A stretch of 64,000 bases of DNA from positions 159,419-223,418 of the forward strand of contig CAZINU010000001.1 in assembly GCA_964540725.1 (NCBI GenBank), read 5' to 3'. This DNA comes from an uncultured Candidatus Peribacteria bacterium (GTDB lineage Bacteria > Patescibacteriota > Gracilibacteria > BD1-5 > UBA2023). Each line of letters begins with the position of its first letter. Positions within the stretch are counted from its first letter, which is position 1. Position numbers and translations under genes: made by a program. Shown in pieces: positions 28,085 through 38,571 of this stretch. The notes below the pieces were generated by a model, which worked only from the letters and a program-made list of their open reading frames with translations, was not told the DNA's origin and made no database searches.

Positions 28085-29185
28085 ATGCGAACTCTCGCCC
28101 GCATAGCGGCAGCCGTTGCCGCTTCCTCCCTAGCCGTGCCGGCATCATTTGCCGCCATCGGTTTTTCCGGCTACTTCTCGGAATCCCCCGATTTCCGAAT
28201 CGAACGGACCTTCCAGTACGACAATTCGTACACGTATTTGGTCCGCGTTTGTAACGACGGGGGAACCCCGTCCGTGGCCGGCACTTTGAAGATCGCCATC
28301 GGCCGGTCGTCTTCCAATAAGGAAGAACGTCATTATAACGGAGTCATTCCCCCGGCCGACACCTGTACGAATTACGAAATCAGGAACGTCCGCCGGTACG
28401 GAACCGCCTCCGAACGGACGTATCCCGTCAGCGTGTCCGTCTCTTGGCAAGGGCGCGAACGCGAATTCAACAGCAAGAACAATTCGAAGGTCATTCCGGC
28501 ATCGACGACCTCGACCCCGACCGGAAGTTGGACGTCGAACACGTCCGACCCTTCCGACAACGTCTATGCGGGACGGACGTGGTACTATCCCAACGGCAAT
28601 CCGTGTTACGGATACCGGTATGCGGACGGCACCTACCGGTACCAGGATGGCCGAACGTACTCGTACGATTCCTACGGCTGCTCCTATGGCGGCAACATCG
28701 TTCCGGGAACGAGCGGGTACTATTGGCAGGGATACCCCGTGTATTCCGGGTATTCCGGGTACGTGGAAATGACCCCGCAGACGCAGTATCCGTCGTGGAA
28801 TTCGTATAATGATTACTGGCCCACGCAGTATTATCAAGCCTCAAACGTTTACTCCCGTCCGAATTTCACCGTAACCCGTATCGGTCGGGACGGCAGCTAT
28901 CGGAACATTCTGGCAACCGTTTGTAACTGGGGGAACGACATGTCGGCCTTCGCGAACTTGAATCTCGATATCGAGAACGTTTCGACGGGTGGCAAGTACC
29001 GGTCGACCGACTACGTCAAACTTCTGAATGGCCAGTGCCGCGACATTTCCGTAAGCTTTTCGAGTTTTTCCTTCAATCGGAGCGGATCCTACGCTTTCCG
29101 TGCCACCGTGGACCCTGACAACCAGTTCTCCGAGCAGAACGAATCCGACAATACGTTCAATACGAACGTTTGGTACGAGAGGTAG
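28085..29185 (+). CDS. Secreted protein with two CARDB-like domains flanking a Tyr/Gly-rich linker
   Basis: It has a signal peptide. The C-terminal ATVDPDNQFSEQNESDNTF is the typical CARDB ending. The central YYPNGNPCYGYRYADGTYRYQDGRTYSYDSYG region is low complexity. Confidence 0.65.
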   Translation: MRTLARIAAAVAASSLAVPASFAAIGFSGYFSESPDFRIERTFQYDNSYTYLVRVCNDGGTPSVAGTLKIAIGRSSSNKEERHYNGVIPPADTCTNYEIRNVRRYGTASERTYPVSVSVSWQGREREFNSKNNSKVIPASTTSTPTGSWTSNTSDPSDNVYAGRTWYYPNGNPCYGYRYADGTYRYQDGRTYSYDSYGCSYGGNIVPGTSGYYWQGYPVYSGYSGYVEMTPQTQYPSWNSYNDYWPTQYYQASNVYSRPNFTVTRIGRDGSYRNILATVCNWGNDMSAFANLNLDIENVSTGGKYRSTDYVKLLNGQCRDISVSFSSFSFNRSGSYAFRATVDPDNQFSEQNESDNTFNTNVWYER

Positions 29186-29197
29186 GAAGGTCTTTTG

Positions 29198-29231
29198 AAA
29201 ACCCCGCCGATACGGTATCGGCGGGGTTTTC
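29198..29231 (+). terminator. Rho-independent terminator
   Basis: ACCCCGCCGATA-cgg-TATCGGCGGGGT is followed by T4. Confidence 0.65.
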
Positions 29232-29301
29232 GTTTGCCCGAGTCCGTTCATGGGAAGAGCGCCGCTCCGACTCCGTTTTTTTTGAAATCCGTATTTTTTT
29301 C

Positions 29302-29340
29302 TTGCATTCAAAATTAGCACATATATAATGTACGTGCTAA
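29302..29340 (+). promoter_or_regulatory. Sigma-70-like promoter overlapping a CIRCE (HrcA) operator upstream of clpB
   Basis: TTGCAT (29302)-N16-TATAAT (29324). TTAGCACAT-N9-ACGTGCTAA at 29314-29340 has the 9-N9-9 CIRCE architecture. Confidence 0.7.
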
Positions 29341-29428
29341 ATCCGAAGAAGGGAGCATGCCGAAACGGCTACGGAGACGAGTCGGATCCCTTCCGGAAGC
29401 GGCGGATACTTTCTTATCCACCCATTCC

Positions 29429-32005
29429 ATGAACTTCGAAAAATATACCCGCCAAGCCCAAAAGCGCCTCTCGGAGGCCGAGTCGCTCGCGTTCGACGCG
29501 AAACATTCCACGCTCGAAGGCGTCCATATCCTCGCCGCCATGCTCGCGTCGAACGAATCGGTCGCTCCGGAATTGCTCAAATCGGCCGGTGCGAACGTGG
29601 CCACGCTCAGCAATGCCGCGAACGCGCGACTCTCGACGCTCGCGAAAATTTCCGGACCGTCGGCGAACCCGGTCGTGTCGCCGGAATTGCGCGAGGTTTT
29701 TTCCAAGGCGGAAAAATTCGCTTCCGGCATGGGGGACGAGTACGTTACCGAAGAGCATATCGTTCTCGCCCTTGCCGAAGCGGCCTCGCTGAAACCGGCC
29801 TTCGAATCGTCCGGAACCGACGCGAAGAAATTGAAATCCGCCCTCGATACCCTGCGTGCCGGAGAGCGCGTTACGTCGCCCGATGCCGAAGAACTCCGCG
29901 GATCCCTCGCCAAATTCACGACCGACCTTATCGAACTCGCGAGAAAGGGAAAGATTGACCCGGTCATCGGACGCGAAGACGAGATTCGCCGCACCATTCA
30001 AATTCTCTCGCGTCGAACGAAGAACAATCCCGTACTCATCGGTGACCCCGGAGTGGGGAAGACGGCCATCGTCGAAGGCATCGCCCGAAAGATCGTGGAC
30101 GGCGACGTTCCCGATTCGCTCAAAGGAAAGCGCCTTCTCACGCTCGACTTGGGCGCGCTCATCGCCGGGGCCAAGTACCGCGGCGAATTCGAAGAGCGTC
30201 TGAAGGCCGTGGTGAAGGAAGTAGAAAAATCCGAAGGTTCGACCATTCTCTTCATCGACGAGCTCCACACCATCGTGGGCGCCGGAAACCAGGAGGGCGG
30301 GGCCGATGCCGGCAATCTGCTCAAACCCGCGCTCGCCCGCGGAACCGTCAAAGTCATCGGCGCGACGACCGTGGCCGAATACCGGAAGTACGTGGAAAAA
30401 GACGCGGCGCTCGAACGGCGCTTCCAACCCGTAACGGTCGACGAACCCACGCCGGAAGATACGCTCGCCATCCTTCGCGGTATTAAGGAAAAGTACGAAA
30501 CGTTCCACGGTATCTCGATTGCCGACCGCGCCCTCGAAGACGCCGTCGAACTTTCCGTCAAGTACGTAGCCGACCGCAAGCTTCCCGACAAGGCCATCGA
30601 CCTTATCGACGAGGCGGCCGCAAGCGTAAAGATGAGCTCCACGTCGAAACCGGTCGAACTCGACAAGCTCGAAAAGGAAATCCGTTCGCTCGAAATCGAA
30701 CGTGAGGCGAAGAAATCCGAAGCGTCCTTAGACGCCGGTACCGCGGCCGAACTCGAGGCCGAAATCGCGACGAAACGCGAAACCCTTCGGGCCCGCCTTG
30801 CCAAGTGGGAGACCGAGAAGAAGTGCATCGACCGCATGAAAGAAGGTCGCGCCAAGATCGACGCGCTGAAGATCCAGGCGGAAGACTTCGAACGCCGCGC
30901 CGACTTCTCGGCCGTCGCCCGCATTCGGTACGCCGAAATTCCGGCCGTCGAAAAAGATATTTCCGATGCCGAAAAAGAGCTTGCGGAAATTCGTGAGCGC
31001 GGCGAGTCCAGCCTTCGGGAGCGGGTCGATCGCGAAGACGTCGCTTCGGTCGTCGCCAAGTGGACGGGAATTCCCACCGGAAAACTCCTCGAAACCGAGA
31101 AGGAAAAATACCTGAAGCTCTTCGAACGGCTTTCCGACCGCGTCGTCGGACAAGATGCCGCCGTCAGGAAGGTAGCCGAAGCCATCCAACGCGCCAAGGC
31201 CGGGCTTTCCGACCCGAAGCGCCCCATCGGCTCGTTTCTCTTCCTCGGCCCGACCGGGGTGGGGAAGACCGAAACGGCGAAGGCTTTGGCCTCGGAGCTC
31301 TTCTCGGACCCCGGCGCGTTCATCCGCATCGACATGAGCGAGTACGGCGAAGCGCATGCGGTCGCCCGAATGATCGGATCGCCCCCGGGATACGTCGGGC
31401 ACGAAGAAGGCGGCCAACTGACCGAAGCCGTCCGCCGTAAGCCGTACTCCGTCATTCTCTTCGACGAAATTGAAAAGGCCCACCCCGACGTCTTCAATGT
31501 CTTCCTTCAGATTCTCGACGACGGACGGTTGACCGACGGGAAGGGGCGGACGGTGAATTTCCGCAATACGGTCGTCATTATGACGTCGAACCTTTTAACC
31601 GGGTATCCTACCGAAGGAAAGACCGAGGCGGAAGTCCGCAAGGGGATCGCGAGCGAACTTGCGAAGAGGCTCCGGCCCGAGTTCGTGAACCGCATCGACG
31701 ATATCGTGCTCTTCAATCCGCTCTCCGAAGGCATTCTCGAAATTATTGCCGCCATGCTGCTTTCGCAGGTAGCTGAACATTTGTCCGAGCGGAAGATCCG
31801 CGCGACGTTCTCACCTTCGATCCGCTCCGAGGTCGCGAAGCTTGGATTCGACCCCGAATTCGGCGCCCGCCCCATGCGTCGAGCCGTGACCGAATACGTG
31901 GTCAACCCGCTCGCGCTCAAGATTCTCTCGGGCGAAATCTCGGAAGGCGACGGCGTGGAGGTTTCGTTCGAGAACGGCGCCGTTACGGTGGTGAAATCGG
32001 CCTAA
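29429..32005 (+). CDS. clpB: Chaperone/disaggregase ClpB
   Basis: It has a Clp N-domain and two AAA modules ([13 protein letters not shown] and [14 protein letters not shown]) with a long middle coiled-coil. The start is MNFEKYT at 29429. Confidence 0.95.
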   Translation: MNFEKYTRQAQKRLSEAESLAFDAKHSTLEGVHILAAMLASNESVAPELLKSAGANVATLSNAANARLSTLAKISGPSANPVVSPELREVFSKAEKFASGMGDEYVTEEHIVLALAEAASLKPAFESSGTDAKKLKSALDTLRAGERVTSPDAEELRGSLAKFTTDLIELARKGKIDPVIGREDEIRRTIQILSRRTKNNPVLIGDPGVGKTAIVEGIARKIVDGDVPDSLKGKRLLTLDLGALIAGAKYRGEFEERLKAVVKEVEKSEGSTILFIDELHTIVGAGNQEGGADAGNLLKPALARGTVKVIGATTVAEYRKYVEKDAALERRFQPVTVDEPTPEDTLAILRGIKEKYETFHGISIADRALEDAVELSVKYVADRKLPDKAIDLIDEAAASVKMSSTSKPVELDKLEKEIRSLEIEREAKKSEASLDAGTAAELEAEIATKRETLRARLAKWETEKKCIDRMKEGRAKIDALKIQAEDFERRADFSAVARIRYAEIPAVEKDISDAEKELAEIRERGESSLRERVDREDVASVVAKWTGIPTGKLLETEKEKYLKLFERLSDRVVGQDAAVRKVAEAIQRAKAGLSDPKRPIGSFLFLGPTGVGKTETAKALASELFSDPGAFIRIDMSEYGEAHAVARMIGSPPGYVGHEEGGQLTEAVRRKPYSVILFDEIEKAHPDVFNVFLQILDDGRLTDGKGRTVNFRNTVVIMTSNLLTGYPTEGKTEAEVRKGIASELAKRLRPEFVNRIDDIVLFNPLSEGILEIIAAMLLSQVAEHLSERKIRATFSPSIRSEVAKLGFDPEFGARPMRRAVTEYVVNPLALKILSGEISEGDGVEVSFENGAVTVVKSA

Positions 32006-32043
32006 TGCGCCGGAACCGCCCACGAACGTTCCCATGTGAAAAA

Positions 32044-32067
32044 AGTCCGGAGCATCCGGGCTTTTTT
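32044..32067 (+). terminator. Rho-independent terminator after clpB
   Basis: AGTCCGGA-gca-TCCGGGCT is followed by T6. Confidence 0.55.
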
Positions 32068-32184
32068 CGGGGTTTCGGCGTCGGGGAATTTTCTATGAAT
32101 CCGCCCGGCACGCCCGTATTTTCTCTTGACAAAGCCGGTTTCGTGACATAATCGAAATAATATATGGAAATATAAGGTCAGAAT

Positions 32185-32739
32185 ATGTCCATAGGTCGTC
32201 TTTCCGGGTTTCTCGCCAGTCACGTCGGTAAACGGGGGAATCCTTCGGTTTCGCAATTACGGAACCATTTTGCCGAATTGGTTTTGGAACCCGCCTCACA
32301 GGATTCGAGAATCCCCTTCGAATGGTCTGACGCGCTTCGGGCGTGTATTTTGGAGAACGACCCAATCAACCGGGTGTACGACGCCATCGACCGGATTCTT
32401 TCCCTCGAATCCACACCCGAAGGGATTCGTGACGAGCTTCGCCGGACGACGGACGAGTACCGGAACGTTCCCATGCCGTCGCGACGCAAGAAAATATCCG
32501 ACGGAACGACGTCCCGGGCGTGTTTCCGGGTCGTTTCCTACCTTCTCGCCATGCGGCTCATCGACGACGCCGAACGGTTTTTCCGAACGACCGAGGATGA
32601 CTTTCTCTCACGGAAACCCGACGCGCTCTGGGCGGAGAACGAATTCGTCGCGCTCGCGAAAGATTTGTATACCGATCTCGTCATTCTGGGGGGCGCCGAA
32701 GAATTGCGCGAAATGTTCCGAGACTTCAAGTTGCCTTAA
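32185..32739 (+). CDS. Hypothetical protein
   Basis: A 184-aa ORF behind a TTGACA ... CATAAT promoter-like pair (32126-32152). I recognised no motif. Confidence 0.5.
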   Translation: MSIGRLSGFLASHVGKRGNPSVSQLRNHFAELVLEPASQDSRIPFEWSDALRACILENDPINRVYDAIDRILSLESTPEGIRDELRRTTDEYRNVPMPSRRKKISDGTTSRACFRVVSYLLAMRLIDDAERFFRTTEDDFLSRKPDALWAENEFVALAKDLYTDLVILGGAEELREMFRDFKLP

Positions 32740-32787
32740 ACTTCGCGGGTACCATCGAGACGTCCGAATCATTTCCATTCCCGACCC

Positions 32788-34005
32788 GTGCCCTTCTTCG
32801 AACATATTCTGAACGCGTTCAGAAGCATCCGCGCGAACAAGATGCGGACGGCTTTGTCGAGTCTCGGCATCGTTATCGGGGTAACGTCGGTCATCGTACT
32901 CATGGCGTTCGGCGAGGGCGCACAACGGAGCATCCAATCGAATATCGAATCGCTCGGAACGAACCTCCTCACCCTTCGTCCGGGAGGAAACCGACAGGGC
33001 GACGTCCGTCAGACGAACGTCCGTACTTCCAACATCTTTACGCTCGACGATACCGAGGGGATTCGAAAACTTCCGGGCATCGAGGCGGTTTCTCCGGTCG
33101 CTTCGGCGTCCCGGCAGGTTATCGTCGGAAATAAGAACGCGAACGTTTCGATTTCGGGTGTCGGTGGCGAATACTCGAAGATTCGCAACATGAAGGCCCA
33201 ATACGGATCGTTCATAACCGAAGACGACGTCCGGTCGCGGGCGAAGGTGGCGGTTCTCGGCCCTACGACCGCGTCCAATTTTTTCGGAACCGAAAACCCG
33301 CTCGGCCGCGATATCAAAGTAGGAAACGTTTTTCTTAAAATCGTCGGCATCGCCGAATCGAAAGGGTCGGGCGGCGGGCCGGTTTCGGTGAGCGACGACG
33401 CAATCTACGTTCCCATTACCACCCTGCAAGACCGTTTTCTCGGCAACAAGTACGTCTCGCAGTTCGTCATCATGGCCGAATCGTCCGATGCCATGGATTC
33501 CGCGAAACAGGCAGTGACCGACCATTTTCTCTCGAAATTCAAAATTTCCGACGCGTCGAAGGCGAATTTTTCGGTTTCGAGTTCGGCCGAAATGCTCGCG
33601 ACCGTTTCGAGCGTTACCGGAACGCTCAAAGCCTTTCTCGCGGGCATTGCGGCCATATCGCTCATCGTCGGCGGCATCGGCATTATGAATATCATGCTCG
33701 TGTCGGTTTCCGAACGTACTCGGGAAATCGGTATCCGCCGTTCCATCGGGGCATTGAATTCCGACATTGCCGCCCAGTTTCTGACCGAAGCCGTCGTTCT
33801 TACCTTCTTTGGCGGCATCGTCGGCGTGCTGTTGAGTTTCGCGCTCGTTCGCGCCGCCTCCGCGCTCTCCATTTCGGCCGTCATAACGTCGTCGTCCGTC
33901 CTACTTTCGTTCGGGTGCAGCGTTGCCATCGGCATAGTGTTTTGATTTTTGCCGGCGTTCAAGGCGACGAGACTGAAACCCATAGACGCCCTGCGTTCCG
34001 AATAA
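32788..34005 (+). CDS. MacB/FtsX-family ABC transporter permease
   Basis: The product has NKMRTALSSLGIVIGV, a periplasmic domain and an FtsX 4-TM C-terminus. The TGA at 33943 restores GIVF-[G]-FLPAFKATRLKPIDALRSE. The start is GTG. Confidence 0.9.
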
Positions 34006-34026
34006 GCGTCCATTTCCTTTTTTCCC

Positions 34027-36147
34027 ATGACTAAGAAAACCCTCGCCTCCGTCCTCGCCATCTTCATCGTTTCCTCGGGCGGATGGTACGCGTATTTCGC
34101 TTCGAAGAAAGAAAACGCCCGTCCGATTCTTCCGACCGAGACGGATGCGGTCGCCGTTTTTACCGGAACCGTCCGTTCGACCATCCAAGGGGTCGGAACC
34201 GTCACGACGTCTTCCACTCAGACCCTCCAATTCAACTCGAACGGGAAAATCGTGGCATGGAACGTCGCCCCCGGAAATCACGTCAAAAAGGGGCAGGTAT
34301 TGGCCGAAGTCGATTCGCGCGACGTCGATAATGACATCCGAAACGCGACGCTCTCGCTCAAGAACGCCGAACTTTCGTACGAGAAGCTGTTTTCGAGCGT
34401 CAAAGATTCCCAAATCGCGTCGGCCGAGGCCTCCATCGCCCAAGCCGAACGCTCCATTGCCTCCGCTCCCGCGGAAATCGAAAACCTCGAAATGGAGCGT
34501 GTTGCGAAGGTCTCGGACCAGCGTGCTTCCATCGCCCAAACCGAACGTTCCGTCGAACTTGCCCGCGAAAAACTCGCGATTCTCGAAAGCGACGTTTCCT
34601 ACGTGAAGGCGTCATCCGAAGATACGGTCGCGAAGTCCGGTACCGATCTCGCGTATATTCTTTCGAGCGCTTCGATCAGTGCCGACAACCAACTTTCCGA
34701 CGCCCGTTCGTTCGTTCGGGAAATGGAATCTTCGGTTCTGAATCTGGACGAACCGAACGCGGTACCATACGAGTTTTCGGCCAAGGACGCTTCGAAGGGG
34801 ACCGCGGCCCTCGGGTCGTTCGAAGCGTTCCGGGGAAAGATTCCCTCGTACGCGGCGTCGCTCGATTCGGCCGATTTTTCCAGCACCGGCGGCGTACTTG
34901 CCTTCCTTTCCGAACGCGAGGCCTTCGCAAGCCTGGGAATCGCTTCGGCCGACGCCCTTTCCCGGGCGCTCGAGGCGAGCTTGCCAGTGGGAAACCTTCC
35001 GCAATCCACGATCAATTCCCTCGCGAGCACCGCCGCGTCGTACCGATCGAAATTCACGTCGGTCCTCTCCGATGCCGCTTCGGTTCGGAAGCAAATCGCC
35101 GCGCTGGAAGATCCGGCCCTCGTTCGGCAGAGTGCGGACAATACGGTCGCGAACAAGAACCAGTCGATTCTCGAACAGCGCTCTTCGATTGCTTCGCTCG
35201 AATCGACCCTCGCTTCCCAGCGAGCCGCGCTCTCGAAGCTCGAAAGCGATTATGAGATAAAGATCCGGCAAAAACGCGAAAGCGTGCTTTCGCTCGAGGA
35301 AAGCCTGAAAACCGCCCGCCTGAACCTTCAAGATTTGAAGGACGGTCCCACCGATACCGAAATCGCGAGCGCGAAGAATCAGATCGAGCAGGCGAAAATA
35401 TCCCTGGAAAAAACGAGGAAGAAAAAGGAAGATTTTCAAATTATCGCCGGTTTCGACGGAATCGTGACGGCCAGCAATGGGAAAGTGGGGGAAATTTCCA
35501 CGAATTCGAATTCGTCCGACGCCGCCGCCACGAGCGTAACGGTTGAAATTCCGGGTCTCTACGAAATCAGCGTGCTGGTCGATCAGCTCGACGTCGTGAA
35601 GGTCCGGGCCGGACAAAAAACGGAGATCGCGTTCGACTCGTACCCGGGACAATCGTTTCTCGGGAAAGTTTCCGAAGTCGATCCGACCCCCGTAACGAGC
35701 CAAGGAGTCGTTTCGTACCGGGCGAAAATCCTTTTCCAATCGGACGAGCTCCGAATTTATAACAGCATGACGGCGAACGTCGCCATCGTAACCGAAGAGC
35801 GGCAAGATGCCACGCTCGTTCCGACCGTCGCCATTTCGGCGGATTCCGAGGGAAAAAAGACGGTCCGCATATGGAAAAACGGACGCTCGGTCGTCAGAGA
35901 GGTCGAGACGGGGCTTTCCGAAGGGGCGAATACCGAAATACTTTCCGGCGTTACGATTGGTGACCGCGTGGCAACGGCCGCGTTCAATCTTTCGAAAACG
36001 AATGGAAATTCCGGATTTTCCCTCTTCAATCTCGGTCGTCGGTCGTCTTCGACGTCGTCGGGATCTCGAAACGGCACGTCTTCTTCGTCTTCGTCCCAAC
36101 GGTCCGCCCCTTCGGGCGGCGAGATGGGCCCTCCGCCCGGAATGTAG
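34027..36147 (+). CDS. HlyD/MacA-type periplasmic adaptor (membrane fusion protein) with very long coiled coil
   Basis: It has an N-terminal TM, a barrel-sandwich segment (NGKIVAWNVAPGNHVKKGQVLAEVD), long coiled coils, a second lipoyl half (IIAGFDGIVT) and a beta-barrel C-terminus. Confidence 0.8.
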   Translation: MTKKTLASVLAIFIVSSGGWYAYFASKKENARPILPTETDAVAVFTGTVRSTIQGVGTVTTSSTQTLQFNSNGKIVAWNVAPGNHVKKGQVLAEVDSRDVDNDIRNATLSLKNAELSYEKLFSSVKDSQIASAEASIAQAERSIASAPAEIENLEMERVAKVSDQRASIAQTERSVELAREKLAILESDVSYVKASSEDTVAKSGTDLAYILSSASISADNQLSDARSFVREMESSVLNLDEPNAVPYEFSAKDASKGTAALGSFEAFRGKIPSYAASLDSADFSSTGGVLAFLSEREAFASLGIASADALSRALEASLPVGNLPQSTINSLASTAASYRSKFTSVLSDAASVRKQIAALEDPALVRQSADNTVANKNQSILEQRSSIASLESTLASQRAALSKLESDYEIKIRQKRESVLSLEESLKTARLNLQDLKDGPTDTEIASAKNQIEQAKISLEKTRKKKEDFQIIAGFDGIVTASNGKVGEISTNSNSSDAAATSVTVEIPGLYEISVLVDQLDVVKVRAGQKTEIAFDSYPGQSFLGKVSEVDPTPVTSQGVVSYRAKILFQSDELRIYNSMTANVAIVTEERQDATLVPTVAISADSEGKKTVRIWKNGRSVVREVETGLSEGANTEILSGVTIGDRVATAAFNLSKTNGNSGFSLFNLGRRSSSTSSGSRNGTSSSSSSQRSAPSGGEMGPPPGM

Positions 36148-36166
36148 TTTCCTTCCTTCGTACCGC

Positions 36167-36844
36167 ATGCTCGAACTTCGTGACATCGTCAAAACCTACC
36201 GCATGGGCGGGGAAGATTTGAACGTGCTGAAAAAGGTCTCCGTCAAGGTCGGCGACGGCGAATTCGTTGCCATCATGGGGCCGTCGGGGTCCGGAAAATC
36301 GACTCTTATGAACATTATCGGCCTCCTCGACGTTCCGAGTTCCGGCGAATACCGGCTCGACGGCGTTCCGGTTGAAAAGCTTTCGGGCGACGAACAATCG
36401 GAGTTCCGAGGAAAGAAGGTGGGATTCGTCTTTCAGGGGTACAACCTCATCCCAAGGCTCTCGGCCATCGAACAGGTCATGCTCCCGCTCGCGTACCAAG
36501 GGGTAGGAAGATTCGAACGCCGCAAGCGTGCCGAAGCCGCCCTCGAGCGCGTGGGGCTTTCCGATAAAAAGGACAACAAGCCAAACGAACTCTCCGGAGG
36601 ACAGCAGCAGCGCGTCGCCATTGCCCGCGCCATCGTCGGAAACCCGTCGATCATTCTGGCGGACGAACCGACGGGGGCGCTCGACTCCAAGACGGGGTCG
36701 GAAATCTTGGATATCTTCGAGAGCGTCCATAAAGAGGGGAAAACCATCGTGCTCATTACCCACGAAAGCGAAATCGCGGCCCGCGCCAAGCGCGTCATCC
36801 ACGTGAAAGACGGGAGGATCGAGTCGGACGAACGGGTTCGGTAA
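36167..36844 (+). CDS. MacB/LolD-type ABC transporter ATP-binding protein
   Basis: The product has [26 protein letters not shown] and [11 protein letters not shown]. Confidence 0.9.
   Translation: MLELRDIVKTYRMGGEDLNVLKKVSVKVGDGEFVAIMGPSGSGKSTLMNIIGLLDVPSSGEYRLDGVPVEKLSGDEQSEFRGKKVGFVFQGYNLIPRLSAIEQVMLPLAYQGVGRFERRKRAEAALERVGLSDKKDNKPNELSGGQQQRVAIARAIVGNPSIILADEPTGALDSKTGSEILDIFESVHKEGKTIVLITHESEIAARAKRVIHVKDGRIESDERVR
36581..36837 (+). repeat. 257-bp direct repeat, copy 1 (3' end of the ABC ATPase gene)
   Basis: It is identical to 40841-41097 except for 2 mismatches (36583 and 36601). The offset is 4260 bp. Confidence 0.9.
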
Positions 36845-36908
36845 AAAAAAGCGATTTTTTGTCATGGCGAAAAAAACCTGGTAGAGTGGTCGGGTTACGC
36901 ACTTAACC

Positions 36909-37565
36909 ATGCACGATATGGAAGGGGATACCAATATCAAAACGGACGTGAGGTTTTCGGAAGGGGGCCCCAAGGCTCCCGAGATGACCCGGGAACGGTT
37001 CGCGAAGGATATGATGGCGCAGTTTTTCGACGAGAAACTGATCGCTCCCGAGCGGAGCCTTGAGGTTATTCAGGGCGGTCTCGACACGAACGAAAAAGCT
37101 CGGGCCCTCGCGCCCGACGCCCTCGACGCCCTTCTTGGGAGCGACGAACAGATTCGCGAATCTTTTCAGAAATTCGCGAATGGAGAATTGCCCATTACGG
37201 GCTTGTCGCTCGATTCGAAGCGCTTGGCCTCCATGAGCACTTTCATACTTGTCTTAAGGGGTGCCATGAATCATGGAACTTCTTTTATGGGGTACATGAA
37301 CCAGCTCTACGGTACGGATGTCCGCCCCGATACTCCCGTCCTCACGTCCGACGGGGCGAAGGTTCCGTTCATCGAAGCCATTGCTCGTGAAGTCTATGAC
37401 AAAATTATCGCCAACTCGCGCGCACAATTGCGGTCGCTCTCCCAAGACGTTGCCAAGACGACGGGCAAGCCGGCACCGAAGTTCGGAGGAAGCACGACCC
37501 CGGGCTATACTCCCGGAGTCTCGGCAGGGAGCGCATTGGACTCTGAAGGAGCCGCTTCGCTCTAG
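36909..37565 (+). CDS. Hypothetical protein
   Basis: A 218-aa ORF ending before a strong terminator. I recognised no motif. Confidence 0.45.
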   Translation: MHDMEGDTNIKTDVRFSEGGPKAPEMTRERFAKDMMAQFFDEKLIAPERSLEVIQGGLDTNEKARALAPDALDALLGSDEQIRESFQKFANGELPITGLSLDSKRLASMSTFILVLRGAMNHGTSFMGYMNQLYGTDVRPDTPVLTSDGAKVPFIEAIAREVYDKIIANSRAQLRSLSQDVAKTTGKPAPKFGGSTTPGYTPGVSAGSALDSEGAASL

Positions 37566-37576
37566 AAATCTCCAAG

Positions 37577-37608
37577 AAAAAACCCCCGACCGTACGGTCG
37601 GGGGTTTT
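37577..37608. terminator. Bidirectional terminator
   Basis: A6-CCCCCGACCG-ta-CGGTCGGGGG-T4 lies between convergent genes. Confidence 0.7.
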
Positions 37609-37627
37609 CGAAGGATTCCCGTCTCGC

Positions 37628-38260
37628 CTAACACCCCGTGCTTCCGTCGGCCGCGCAGGGCGAGAAGAGGTCGGACGATCCGGAATACGTTCCGGGTTCT
37701 TTCCCGGAAACGACGTAGTCTTCCGCCTTGCTCGTCGCCCACTCGTGTTCGTGGTTCCAGCCGTTCCAATCGTAGCGCCATTCGTTCCAGCCGATGCCGA
37801 GGTGTTTGACGTAGATGCCGTGGCCGGCGAGGATTTTTCCGATTTTCCGCCCCGTCATGCACGGCTTGGAATAGCAGTAGACGACGAGCTCCTTATCCTT
37901 CGGGAGCGCTCGGAATCCCGCGACGATGCGGTCGACTTCGCCGTAGGCGGATTCGTCGGGGTTCTTGTAGGCCGGAACGTTGACCGCTCCGACGATGTGC
38001 GATTTCTCGTATTCTTCCGCGCTCCGAAGGTCGACGAGCAGGTACTTCGACGTTCCCTTGGCAATGTCCTTCCGAAGCCCGTGCGGACTCACCGTCACGG
38101 CGTTTTCCGTGGCGTAGTAGTCGGCGATCAATTCTTGGGCGTCGGGTTTCGGGGAGGGGAGAACGCCGAAATAATCGAGCGCGTATTGGACTGCGAGGGT
38201 CGTAGCTATGATCGCGAGAGCGGCAATCGATTGGGTGAGGAGGGGTTTCTGGGATGACAT
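37628..38260 (-). CDS. Membrane-anchored rhodanese-domain sulfurtransferase
   Basis: It has an N-terminal TM. The rhodanese core is LLVDLRSAEEYEKSHIVGAVNVP, with active-site loop VVYCYSKPCMTGRK. Confidence 0.8.
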   Translation of the reverse strand: MSSQKPLLTQSIAALAIIATTLAVQYALDYFGVLPSPKPDAQELIADYYATENAVTVSPHGLRKDIAKGTSKYLLVDLRSAEEYEKSHIVGAVNVPAYKNPDESAYGEVDRIVAGFRALPKDKELVVYCYSKPCMTGRKIGKILAGHGIYVKHLGIGWNEWRYDWNGWNHEHEWATSKAEDYVVSGKEPGTYSGSSDLFSPCAADGSTGC

Positions 38261-38571
38261 GGGGATAGGTGGTTACCCGGGGAGTATATTCGACTTTCGG
38301 GTTTGTCGAGGACGGCGTGGGTACCGAAAACATACCGGAAAATGCCCGAATTCCGTTCGGGGGCTATTGGAAAAGTTCGTCAATGACGTCCGACGATGCT
38401 TTCACGGGCGGATACGGGGTGGAAAAGCCCGGAATTTTCCGTTTCGTTCGCAAAACCCGGTAAGACGAGCGGCAGATTCTTTTTCGGAACAGAAGTGGAA
38501 AACTTGGTTTTTTCCGCTTCCTTGGTATACTTTTTCGGATTCCCTTTTCTTTCCGTTACATTCGCACCGTC

